From Promethearchaeota archaeon (GTDB lineage Archaea; Asgardarchaeota; Lokiarchaeia; Sigyniarchaeales; SOKP01): a DNA stretch of 64,000 nt. The position numbers and the translations under genes are program-made. The notes beneath the pieces are model-generated. The model was given only the letters and a program-made list of their open reading frames with translations, ran no database searches and was not told the origin of the DNA. Positions 54,531 to 63,802 of this stretch are shown piece by piece. The stretch spans positions 28-64,027 of the forward strand of contig JBHLNY010000001.1 in assembly GCA_048941065.1 (NCBI GenBank), given 5' to 3'. Within the stretch, counting starts at the first letter, position 1, and each line of letters opens with the position of its first letter.

Positions 54531-57500
54531 TTGACATATATTAAAAAAATCTCTATGACTGGTTTTAAATCGTTTGGAGAGCGAACAGTAACTATCAAAT
54601 TTTCAAGTGGTTTTACATGTATTGTCGGGCCAAATGGTGCAGGTAAATCTAATATCATAGATGCATTATGTTTTGCTTTGGGCAGATTAAGTAAGAAGAC
54701 TATGAGAGCAAAAAGTCTGGAAGACCTTATTTTTGCTGGTGCGAAAGGAAAAAATCCCTCAACTCGTGCTTCTGTGACAATGTATTTTGACAATTCAGAA
54801 AATGTTTTTCCTGGAGGTACTGACACATTCGAAATAACACGGACTATAAAAAGAGGTGGCGGTGGAGGATATAAAATGAATGGTAAAAAAGTAACTCGTC
54901 AACAAATACTAAATGCTTTAGCAGCAGCCAATGTGGATCCAGATGGTAGTAATCAATTTGTTCTTCAAGGTAAAATAGTTGAATTAACTCATATGAATGC
55001 AGAAGAAAGAAGGATTTTCATTGAGGAATTAATTGGACTTCAAAAATATGACGAAATGAAAGATTCTACCTTAAAAGAGTTAGAAAAAGCAGAAAGAGAT
55101 TTAGGTCAGTTTGAGGCAATTTTTAAAGAGGTTTCTGCTCAGCTTAAAAAAGTTGAAAAGGAAAAAAATGATGCTTTAGCTTGGAAAGAATTAGACCAAC
55201 AAATTAATTTTCTAAATTCACAATTAATTGCTTTAAAAATTTCAAAATTACGAGAAGAAGAAGATGAATTAGACAAAAAAATTGAAGCATCTTCAAAAAT
55301 TATTGAAGAATTAAAAGAAAAGATCTCTAGACAAGAAGATGTTCTGAAACAAGAATCTTTAGTTATGGAAAACATTCAAAAAACGATTACTGAGAAAGAA
55401 AAGGAAAGAGAAGAAATAAATGAAAATATCACAAATTTAAAAACACAATTATCTTCAAGTCAAACAACTTTAGATTTAGCTAAAAAATCAATAGATAAGA
55501 CAACACAAGAAATAAAAAATTTAGAAAATTTGCTAATGGTTCTTGAGGAAGGACAAACTTATGATTCTCTAATACAAGATGTATCAAGTCAAATTTCTGA
55601 ATGTGATAATCATCTAGAGGCTGCTAAAAAAGAAATTGAAAAAAGACAGCAAAATCAATCAGAGTTTGATATTAAAATTAAAAATAGCGAGGATGAAAAA
55701 TCCCAATTTAATTCTGAAATTTCAAAAGTACAACAAGATATTTCCTCAAATAATACTCAAATAAAGCTTCTTAGAGAAAGTATAAAGAAGAATGAAGATA
55801 AAAAAATTAAACTAGAAGCTGAATTGAATAAATTGAAGCAAGAAGCTGAAAGCATAGATGAAGCTATTGTTGAAACAAAAAAGACTGAGAAACAAATAAG
55901 AAAAAGAATTGAAGATTTAAAAGCAAAAATTAATGAAGAAAATCAAAAACAAAAAGAATTGGAAACTAACATTAATACTGTTCAAGAGGAAAAGAATCAA
56001 TTAAATTCAAAATTAGCTCTCTTACAATCTACATTATCTTCATTGAATACCGAAATAAGCATGAATAGAAGTACTATACAAGATTTAAATGGTAAAAAAA
56101 CTTCTATTGAGAATAAAATTAGAGATTTAAGTAAAGGTAAAGATACAGAAGAGGTCGTAAAAGCCTTATTGAAGGAAAATGAAAACATCAACAAACAATT
56201 GAGTGAATTTAAAGCAGATTTAAAGAAAGAAAACTCAGGATTCAGAAGTAATGAACAGAATCTAGAATTATTAAACATGAAAAAATATTCATTTGATTCA
56301 GAAATTCATGATAATAATGCAAAAATAGATAATCTTAATACAGAACTAAAAATTTTCAAAAAAGAATTTACTAAATTAGAACGTGAAAAAGGTAATTTAG
56401 AACAACAAATTAAAACATTAAATAGTGATCTATCAAACATAAATAAAGATACAGAAAATTTCAATTTTAAAAGCCAGAATGTTCAAAGACGTTTAGAAGA
56501 ACTTTCAAAGGAAAGAGGTAATTTATTAGAAAAAATTGAAACTTCTGAAGAAGAATATGAAAAAAATACAAGAGATATTACTGGAATTCTTCAAATCTTA
56601 AATATGCTTACCCAAAATATTAATATCTCAGTCGAATCAATAAAAAGTAACATTCAATTATCAAATGCAGAAGCAATTGAAACCTCAGCTGAAGATTTCA
56701 AAAAGTTTGTATTAGATCTTGTAGATATTATGAAAAGCGTTGAAGGGATTGGTATTGATAAGGATCAATCCTCTGAAATGTCAAGTATGCTAAATTCTAT
56801 TCTACGAACTTTAAAAATGTTTACTGATAATGCTGATGCAACAATTGATCAATTAATTAATAAAGTAAAAGAATCTGCTGATATAGAAGTACAAGAATCC
56901 ACCGCGACATTTGATAGTTTTGTGCAAGATTTAATGGAAATTCTTGAAAATGTCTATATTTCATTAAGAAAATTAACTATGTCAAAAAGTCAAGATCTGT
57001 ACAAACAATTAGAAGACATCTCTGAAAATATTAAATCACAGAGTGATGATTTTAATGATTCTGAGAAAAAATTGTCAGAATTAAGTATTCAAAAAAAACA
57101 TTATTCTGAAACTTTATCAACACTAACAAGAAGACTTGAAGAAATTAATGAAAGAAATAATGAATTAAATAAAAGAATTAAAAATTCTGAAGAAGAAATT
57201 GAAGATAGATACAAAGTAGTTAAAGAAAAACAAAATGAAATTGAAACCTTAGAAATTGAGATAAAAAAATCCAAAGAGCTGAAAGATGCTTATTGGGAAA
57301 AGTTAACAAACATTCAAGATAATATTGAAAAAAAACAAAATGAATTAGAAGACTTAAGACTAAAACTTCAAGAGTTGCATGGAATCCAAAATCTATTTGA
57401 AAATATTACTGAGATTGAGGAGGATATAGGAAAATTAAACAATGTTATTGAAGAAAAGAAAAATTCAATTATTAATACAGAAGAAAACATAAATCAGATC

Positions 57501-58985
57501 CAAGCTGAACAAAAAACGCTAGAAAGCAAAATTGAAGCTCTAATTTCAGAAAAAGAAGAATTTTGGGGAAAAACAGAAAGTTTGAGAGTAGAAATAGACA
57601 AAGAAAATGGTGTTTTAGAAGAGACAATGGATCGATTAAGAGCACTTGAAAATGTAATGAGAATTATTAGTTCTATTGAAGATATTAAGAAAGAAAATAT
57701 TGATGCTAACAACAATATTGAACTATGTCTAACTAATATAGAAAAACTCAATTCTCAAGTAGATGAAATTCAAAAAAATGTTGATCAAAAGCAACAAGTT
57801 ATAGATTCTTTGAGAAATGAAAAAACTAAAGAAGTAGAATTACAAAAAAAAGCTCAGAAAGAATTAAATAAATTAAATAAAGATTTACAGAAATACCAAC
57901 GTCAATTAAATGAGCTTACCAAAAATAGGGAAAGAGAACTAAAAATTATAGAATTAAATCAAGATATTAAGGATACGGAAAAACAAATAGAATCTATCAT
58001 AGAAGAATTAGGAAAATTTGAAGTTCAATTAAATAATGAAAATGAGAAAAAAGATGTAAAGCAAAAAGAAATTGATGAATTCAATCAAAAAAAGGATGAA
58101 TCATGGAATAAGCAAAAGCAGTATCAAAAAATCTTAAATGATTTAAAATCAGATCTCTCTATGGAAAATTCTAAAATCAACAATTATGAATCTAAAAAGA
58201 TAATTTGTAATGATCAAATTGAGACATTATTCCAGAGATCTAAAGAATATGGGTCACTTCCTACTGTTACTGAGGGTTTAACAGAAGCAGAGTTACAAGC
58301 GGATATAGGGGAAGTGACAACGAAGAAAAAAGCGCTTGAACCTGTCAATTTAAAAGCTATTGAACAATATGATGCAGTAAAAGAGAGATTTGATGAAATT
58401 GATATGCGAAGACAGACTATACAACGGGAACGCAAGTCCATTTTAGATGCAATAGATAAAATTGAACTTGAAAAAACAAGAACTTTCATGAAAGCGTATC
58501 ATGAAATAAATCGGGAGTTCAGCAGAATTTTTCAGAAGCTTAGTCCTGGTGGATCGGCTAAGATGATCTTAGATCGCCCTGATAAACCCTTCGAAGGAGG
58601 AATTAGTATCGAAGCTCGTCCTCGTGGGAAGAAAATTTCGAGTTTAGAAATTCTTAGTGGGGGAGAAAAAACCTTAGTCGCTTTATCTTTCATTTTTGCT
58701 GTTCAAGAATTCTATCCTGCTCCATTCTATGTTATGGATGAAATTGATGCTGCACTTGACGGTCCTAATGTGCATAGAGTCAGTATGGTTATAAAAGAAT
58801 TTGCATCACAAGCTCAATTTATGGTGATAAGCCATCGTGAGGAAAATATCGTTAATGCAGATAGAATCTATGGTGTTTCAATGCAACAGAGTGGGATTAC
58901 TGATATCTTTAGTGTTGATTTAGAAGAAGAGGCCAAAAGGCTTTTAGAACTTGAGGATATTGAACCAACTATAACAGAAAATTAA
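54531..58985 (+). CDS. smc: SMC (structural maintenance of chromosomes) ATPase, unusually long, non-canonical central region
   Basis: TTG start. The N-terminal head is MTYIKKISMTGFKSFGE...GPNGAGKSNIIDALCFALG. The C-terminal head has LSGGEKTLVALSFIFA and YVMDEIDAALD. About 1100 aa of coiled coil lie between them. It is followed by scpA and scpB. Confidence 0.9.
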   Translation: MTYIKKISMTGFKSFGERTVTIKFSSGFTCIVGPNGAGKSNIIDALCFALGRLSKKTMRAKSLEDLIFAGAKGKNPSTRASVTMYFDNSENVFPGGTDTFEITRTIKRGGGGGYKMNGKKVTRQQILNALAAANVDPDGSNQFVLQGKIVELTHMNAEERRIFIEELIGLQKYDEMKDSTLKELEKAERDLGQFEAIFKEVSAQLKKVEKEKNDALAWKELDQQINFLNSQLIALKISKLREEEDELDKKIEASSKIIEELKEKISRQEDVLKQESLVMENIQKTITEKEKEREEINENITNLKTQLSSSQTTLDLAKKSIDKTTQEIKNLENLLMVLEEGQTYDSLIQDVSSQISECDNHLEAAKKEIEKRQQNQSEFDIKIKNSEDEKSQFNSEISKVQQDISSNNTQIKLLRESIKKNEDKKIKLEAELNKLKQEAESIDEAIVETKKTEKQIRKRIEDLKAKINEENQKQKELETNINTVQEEKNQLNSKLALLQSTLSSLNTEISMNRSTIQDLNGKKTSIENKIRDLSKGKDTEEVVKALLKENENINKQLSEFKADLKKENSGFRSNEQNLELLNMKKYSFDSEIHDNNAKIDNLNTELKIFKKEFTKLEREKGNLEQQIKTLNSDLSNINKDTENFNFKSQNVQRRLEELSKERGNLLEKIETSEEEYEKNTRDITGILQILNMLTQNINISVESIKSNIQLSNAEAIETSAEDFKKFVLDLVDIMKSVEGIGIDKDQSSEMSSMLNSILRTLKMFTDNADATIDQLINKVKESADIEVQESTATFDSFVQDLMEILENVYISLRKLTMSKSQDLYKQLEDISENIKSQSDDFNDSEKKLSELSIQKKHYSETLSTLTRRLEEINERNNELNKRIKNSEEEIEDRYKVVKEKQNEIETLEIEIKKSKELKDAYWEKLTNIQDNIEKKQNELEDLRLKLQELHGIQNLFENITEIEEDIGKLNNVIEEKKNSIINTEENINQIQAEQKTLESKIEALISEKEEFWGKTESLRVEIDKENGVLEETMDRLRALENVMRIISSIEDIKKENIDANNNIELCLTNIEKLNSQVDEIQKNVDQKQQVIDSLRNEKTKEVELQKKAQKELNKLNKDLQKYQRQLNELTKNRERELKIIELNQDIKDTEKQIESIIEELGKFEVQLNNENEKKDVKQKEIDEFNQKKDESWNKQKQYQKILNDLKSDLSMENSKINNYESKKIICNDQIETLFQRSKEYGSLPTVTEGLTEAELQADIGEVTTKKKALEPVNLKAIEQYDAVKERFDEIDMRRQTIQRERKSILDAIDKIELEKTRTFMKAYHEINREFSRIFQKLSPGGSAKMILDRPDKPFEGGISIEARPRGKKISSLEILSGGEKTLVALSFIFAVQEFYPAPFYVMDEIDAALDGPNVHRVSMVIKEFASQAQFMVISHREENIVNADRIYGVSMQQSGITDIFSVDLEEEAKRLLELEDIEPTITEN

Positions 58986-59016
58986 TATAAGATCATTAAT
59001 AAATAAATGAGCAAAA

Positions 59017-60009
59017 ATGTCAGAAGAAGAAGAATCAATAAAACCATATGATTTTCCCAACTGGACAGTAAAGGAATTAAGGGAATTTGCTGATAAGAAT
59101 AACATAAAAATTCCAACAAAGTCTAAGAAAAAAGAAATTATTGAATTACTAGATAAAATAGTATCTCATCCTGAATTTGTTGATAGATCTCAAGAACCAG
59201 AAGAACTTGAAGTAGAACTGGTTGCTGAGTTTGAAGAAGAAGATCTTGCTTTGTTAAGAAAGGAAAAAACAGAGTTAAAATTTTGGCAAAAGCCACCTTT
59301 TTCAAGCCTATTAGATCCTGAATTAGCAAAAGAATCAGAAATCGCATTTTATGATTTAGCTAGCCTGGTAGACAAATTCTTTGATAATATGCTTCATGAG
59401 GAATTAATCAATTATAAAATATCAGGTATTGCTCTTAAAACATCAGCAAGTTTACATCATTATAAAATTTCGAGTATAATCAGAGAAGAAGAACAAATAC
59501 AGAAAATGGAAGAATTACGAAAATTTAGAGAAAGACATGGTAGATCGATTCCAAAAACATTACCACAGCCAATACAACCTAAAATGCAAATTGCTACAAA
59601 AGAAGAGTTGTTTGATGCTATGAGATCTGCAATTATAGAGGTCATGCAGAATAAGGAAAAGATAAGAAGGAGACAAATTAGAAAAGAAGAATTAAAACAA
59701 CAAAGAATACAAATGAAATCTAAAGCACAGCTCCCTAAGGAACTTCTAAAACATATCAGTGGAAGAGAACAAACGATTGAAGAATTACATGAATCATGGT
59801 ATAATCGTATAAAAGCAACTACTAATCTAAATAATAAACCAACTAGTTTTTTTGACTTAACAGAAATTATAAAAACTGAAGAAGAAAGCGATTTAGGCAG
59901 AAAATTTTCATTAGTAAGGATGTTTTTAGCTTTAATGTTTTTATCCACTGGAAATAAATTGTCTTTATCTCAAGATGAAGATTTTAGCGATATCTCAGTA
60001 ATGATTTGA
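59017..60009 (+). CDS. scpA: ScpA (kleisin) with N-terminal SAP/HeH-like extension
   Basis: The kleisin N-terminal WHD region is FYDLASLVDKFFDNML...ISGIALKTSASLHHYK. The C-terminal WHD is LVRMFLALMFLSTGNKLSLSQDEDFSDISV. The N-terminus has WTVKELREFADKNNIKIPTKSKKKEIIELLDKI. Confidence 0.8.
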   Translation: MSEEEESIKPYDFPNWTVKELREFADKNNIKIPTKSKKKEIIELLDKIVSHPEFVDRSQEPEELEVELVAEFEEEDLALLRKEKTELKFWQKPPFSSLLDPELAKESEIAFYDLASLVDKFFDNMLHEELINYKISGIALKTSASLHHYKISSIIREEEQIQKMEELRKFRERHGRSIPKTLPQPIQPKMQIATKEELFDAMRSAIIEVMQNKEKIRRRQIRKEELKQQRIQMKSKAQLPKELLKHISGREQTIEELHESWYNRIKATTNLNNKPTSFFDLTEIIKTEEESDLGRKFSLVRMFLALMFLSTGNKLSLSQDEDFSDISVMI

Positions 60010-60044
60010 TCAATATACAAAAAATTTAAAGGTTGTAAGTAATC

Positions 60045-60866
60045 ATGAATGAGTCTGAAAAAAATTTAGATCAAAATTCAGAAAAGGACCTTGATGAAAA
60101 TTTAGAAGAAAATTCTAAAGAATATGATGATGGTACAATGAGGAATGATACCAGAATTGAAAAAAATAATGAAGATTTCGAGGAACCTTCTGAAAACAAT
60201 ATTATTCAAGATGTAGAAGAAAGTGCTGCTGTAGGTTCTATTGAAGAAAAAGTAGAGTCAATTAATAAAGAACAAACTATTCACAGGGAAGAATTGGATG
60301 AAGAATTATTAAAAAAGCAAGTAAGAGAATTCCATCGAAATTTAATTGAGGCTTCTTTATATGCTGCTGGTAGACCTTTGACTATCGAAGAGATATCAAC
60401 TAAATTAGAATTACCTAAAAAAGAAGTGGAAGAATTGACTAATGAAATAGCTTTTGATTATTTAGAACGCTCCTCGGCATTAATAATAGCCCAAATAGGG
60501 GATAGATATCAAATGCAGATTAAACCTGAATACACAGAAAAAGTCTCTAAATTTGCTAAAGGTGGAGCCATTGCTGAACGCTATTTAAGGACATTAACCT
60601 TGATTGCACTAAAGCAACCAATATTAAAATCAACAGTAGTAAAGTTAAGAGGTACTGGAGCTTATGAACATGTAAAATATCTTGTAGATAATGGATTTAT
60701 AAATGCAGTAAAAAAAGGGCGATCTCAAGAATTAACTACTACTGATAAATATGCTGATATGTTTGGGTTACCTAAAAATATACCTCAATTAAAAAAGGCT
60801 ATGATCGCCCAGCTAGGAGTCGAGGAAATAAGAAAAAGTGAGCAACCAGATGAAAATGAAGAATAA
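60045..60866 (+). CDS. scpB: ScpB (kite subunit) with ~90-aa acidic N-terminal extension
   Basis: IEASLYAAGRPLTIEEIS...YLRTLTLIALKQPILKSTVVKLRGTGAYEHVKYLVDNGFI is the tandem-WHD ScpB pattern. Confidence 0.85.
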   Translation: MNESEKNLDQNSEKDLDENLEENSKEYDDGTMRNDTRIEKNNEDFEEPSENNIIQDVEESAAVGSIEEKVESINKEQTIHREELDEELLKKQVREFHRNLIEASLYAAGRPLTIEEISTKLELPKKEVEELTNEIAFDYLERSSALIIAQIGDRYQMQIKPEYTEKVSKFAKGGAIAERYLRTLTLIALKQPILKSTVVKLRGTGAYEHVKYLVDNGFINAVKKGRSQELTTTDKYADMFGLPKNIPQLKKAMIAQLGVEEIRKSEQPDENEE

Positions 60867-60892
60867 AAATAGTTAATATATAATAATTTATC

Positions 60893-63493
60893 TTATTTAA
60901 AAATATAAATTGAAAGGTTTAGCTCTTTAACTTCTTGCATTAAGTTTGGCTTTTCTTTTATATAACTCTCCATTGATTTTTCAATTATCTCTAAATTATC
61001 TATTCTAATTGTACTTTTAATATCTTGTTTCAAAAATTCAATGTTTTTTAACAAATTCGCTTCAATTATGATGATTACTTTTGAAACTTCTTGATTTAAC
61101 GGTATTTGAAGTTGTGATTTATTCATTCTTAGAATTTTAATGATCTCAATACCTAATTTCCCTTTTTCAGCTAACTCTTCTGATATACCTTCATAATATA
61201 TAGGCCATTTCTCTAAATGAATAGATTTTATATTTACAAAGTTTTTAAAAAGAATTGAATATATTTCTTCTGAAATAAATGGCATTATAACCGAAGAAAT
61301 TTTTAATAATTGGTAAAAAAGATTTAATGCATTTTTCAGAGAAATTTCTCTTGTCTGTTGATCTTCAGAATAAAACTTATGCTTTATGGCTTCAATATAG
61401 TTATCGCAAAGATCATTCCAGAAGAAAGATCGTAAAAACATTGTGGCTCCATGCCAATTGTAAACATTAAAATAATTAGCAATCATCTCTAACTTTTTAT
61501 TAAACTCTGAGAAAAAGAAACAATCTATTGGAGATAAATCCTTAGGATCAATATTTAGGTTATTAATCTCAATTTTTTTTAAATTTAAGAATAAAAATCT
61601 ATAAGCGTTCCATATTTTAGTTATAAATCTGGAAGCACCAACTAATTGTTCATATCTTATCCCATACTTTTTATTGAATTTGTCTTCTGGAAGCTTTTTC
61701 CTCTCCTTTAAGATATTTTCAAAAGGAACTGGTTGTTTAGATTGAAGATTGATCCAAGAAAATTCTAATGGATAATCATCACCTAGTGAGCCCATAGCGG
61801 CCCAATATCTAGTAGCATCAGCTCCGAAATCAGGGATAACCTCATCTGGTGACACAGAATTTCCAAGACTCTTAGACATATGACGACCATCTGGACCAGC
61901 AACCATTCCGTTTATCATTACCTCGTAAAATGGAGATTTTCCAGTTAATTTTTTACATCGAAATAAGGTATAAAAGAGCCACGTTCGGATAATCTCATAC
62001 CCTTGAGGTCGATGAACTTTAGCATTTAAATAAGTTTTTTCATAAAAGACTTTATCTTCTTCCCATTTTGCTATTTCTAATGGAGTTATGCTCGAATCAA
62101 TCCAACAATCGCAAATATCTTTCTCTCCTATAATTTTATTGCTCTTACAATTAGGACATTGTTCAACAGGGGCTGAGACTTTCACTGGGTCTAAAGGCAA
62201 AGACTCTTTTTCTGGAGGTATAATTTCACCGCAATCTTTACAATACCAAAATGGTATAGGAGTACCAAAAACTCGTTGACGAGAAATTACCCAATTCCAA
62301 TCTAAACCTTCAGCCCAATCAAGTAATCTTTGTTTTTGTTTTTCTGGATACCATCTCATCTTTTCTGCTGAGTTAATAATCTCCTGAGTAAAATCTTTAA
62401 CATTAATAAACCACTGATAAACTGGTAAATATTCAATAGGTTTACGGCAAGATGGTCGTTCAGTATGAACAATTATACTATGTTTAAAATCTTCTATTTT
62501 CTCAATTAGTCCCATTTTATCAAGATCTTCGACAATTTGCTCTCTAGCTTCCATTATCGTTAAACCTTGATATTTAGAGTTTTCATTCATATGGCCATCT
62601 TCAGTAAATATTTGGATCTCTTCTAAATTATATTCAATTTTCCATTTAATATCCATCTCATCTCCATATGTGCAAACGTAGACAACACCAGTGCCAAAAT
62701 TCATATCAACTGTGCTATCCATATAAACTCGAACAGTACGATTCGTAAAAGGGATTTCTATTTCAGCAGCAGATAGATCATAATAACGCTCGTCATTTGG
62801 ATGAACCATTATAGCAACACATGCTTCCATATATTCTGGACGTGTTGTAGCTATCGTGATATATTCATCTTCTCTACCTACAATTGGCAATTTTAAATAC
62901 CATAATTTTCCTTCCTCTTCCTGATATCCTACTTCTGCTTTAGCTACAGAAGTTTCGCAATTAACACAAAAATGAGTTGGGAATTTTTCTCGATATAGCC
63001 ATCCTTTTTCATAAAAATAAAGAAGAGATAATTGAACTTTATACTTATAATCATCATTCATAGTACGATATGTATAATCCCAATCAGAAGAATATCCTAA
63101 CTCCTCAAATTGTCTTCTCATATTTATGATACTATTATTAACCCATTCAACACATTTTTCTAGGAATTCATCGCGTTGATGTTGAGATATTCCATATTGT
63201 CTTTGTACAGCTAATTCAACAGGAAGACCATGACAATCGAAACCCTGTGGGAAATAAACATTATCACCTTTCATCTTATGATACCTTGCGACAAAATCGA
63301 TCCATGAATGATTTAAAATATGCCCCATGTGAAGATCTCCACTTACAAAAGGAGGAGGTGTATCAATAGAAAATATCTCACCCTTTTGATTGAGATCAAA
63401 TGCATAGATCCTTTCATCTTTCCAATATTTTATCCATTTTTTTTGGACTTCGTTAAAATGAAAGCGTTTTGGATATATTGTTCCTTGTGCCAT
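60893..63493 (-). CDS. valS: valine--tRNA ligase
   Basis: The class I motifs are PPPFVSGDLHMGHI (HIGH) and RHMSKSLGN (KMSKS). The length is 866 aa. The editing-domain region and the Cys-rich CPNC/CKDC segments are typical of archaeal ValRS. Confidence 0.9.
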   Translation of the reverse strand: MAQGTIYPKRFHFNEVQKKWIKYWKDERIYAFDLNQKGEIFSIDTPPPFVSGDLHMGHILNHSWIDFVARYHKMKGDNVYFPQGFDCHGLPVELAVQRQYGISQHQRDEFLEKCVEWVNNSIINMRRQFEELGYSSDWDYTYRTMNDDYKYKVQLSLLYFYEKGWLYREKFPTHFCVNCETSVAKAEVGYQEEEGKLWYLKLPIVGREDEYITIATTRPEYMEACVAIMVHPNDERYYDLSAAEIEIPFTNRTVRVYMDSTVDMNFGTGVVYVCTYGDEMDIKWKIEYNLEEIQIFTEDGHMNENSKYQGLTIMEAREQIVEDLDKMGLIEKIEDFKHSIIVHTERPSCRKPIEYLPVYQWFINVKDFTQEIINSAEKMRWYPEKQKQRLLDWAEGLDWNWVISRQRVFGTPIPFWYCKDCGEIIPPEKESLPLDPVKVSAPVEQCPNCKSNKIIGEKDICDCWIDSSITPLEIAKWEEDKVFYEKTYLNAKVHRPQGYEIIRTWLFYTLFRCKKLTGKSPFYEVMINGMVAGPDGRHMSKSLGNSVSPDEVIPDFGADATRYWAAMGSLGDDYPLEFSWINLQSKQPVPFENILKERKKLPEDKFNKKYGIRYEQLVGASRFITKIWNAYRFLFLNLKKIEINNLNIDPKDLSPIDCFFFSEFNKKLEMIANYFNVYNWHGATMFLRSFFWNDLCDNYIEAIKHKFYSEDQQTREISLKNALNLFYQLLKISSVIMPFISEEIYSILFKNFVNIKSIHLEKWPIYYEGISEELAEKGKLGIEIIKILRMNKSQLQIPLNQEVSKVIIIIEANLLKNIEFLKQDIKSTIRIDNLEIIEKSMESYIKEKPNLMQEVKELNLSIYIFK

Positions 63494-63616
63494 TTTAAAC
63501 TCTACTTAGAAGATTATTTAATATAAAAATGTATAATATTTGATAAATTTATAAGATATATTCAAATCTAAACTCTCATTATACAGTTCTTATTATTATA
63601 AATCGAAAATAATTAA

Positions 63617-63718
63617 TGGACCTGACGGGAATTGAACCCGTGACCTCTTGAATGCGAATCTTGTAATTAAGCATTATGCTGAATTAGATCAAGCGATCTT
63701 CCACTGATCTACAGGCCC
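63617..63718 (-). tRNA. tRNA-Ala (anticodon CGC) with ~30-nt intron on the 5' side of the anticodon loop/stem
   Basis: The minus-strand sequence GGGCCTGTAGATCAGTGGAAGATCGCTTGA[TCTAATTCAGCATAATGCTTAATTACAAGA]TTCGCATTCAAGAGGTCACGGGTTCAATTCCCGTCAGGTCCA forms a cloverleaf once the bracket (about 63659-63688) is removed. The G3:U70 Ala identity pair is present. Confidence 0.8.
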
Positions 63719-63802
63719 AAACCAAATTTATAAATTTTTATATATTAAAAATTAGAATATCTAAAATTCTTTATGATTTTCCTAAGTTTTCAAAAAAAGA
63801 GA

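Noticed and set aside
54500-54826. 108-aa minus-strand ORF over the SMC start
   Set aside because: It is antisense to the highly conserved SMC N-terminal head, including the Walker A codons. It is a mirror-frame artefact.
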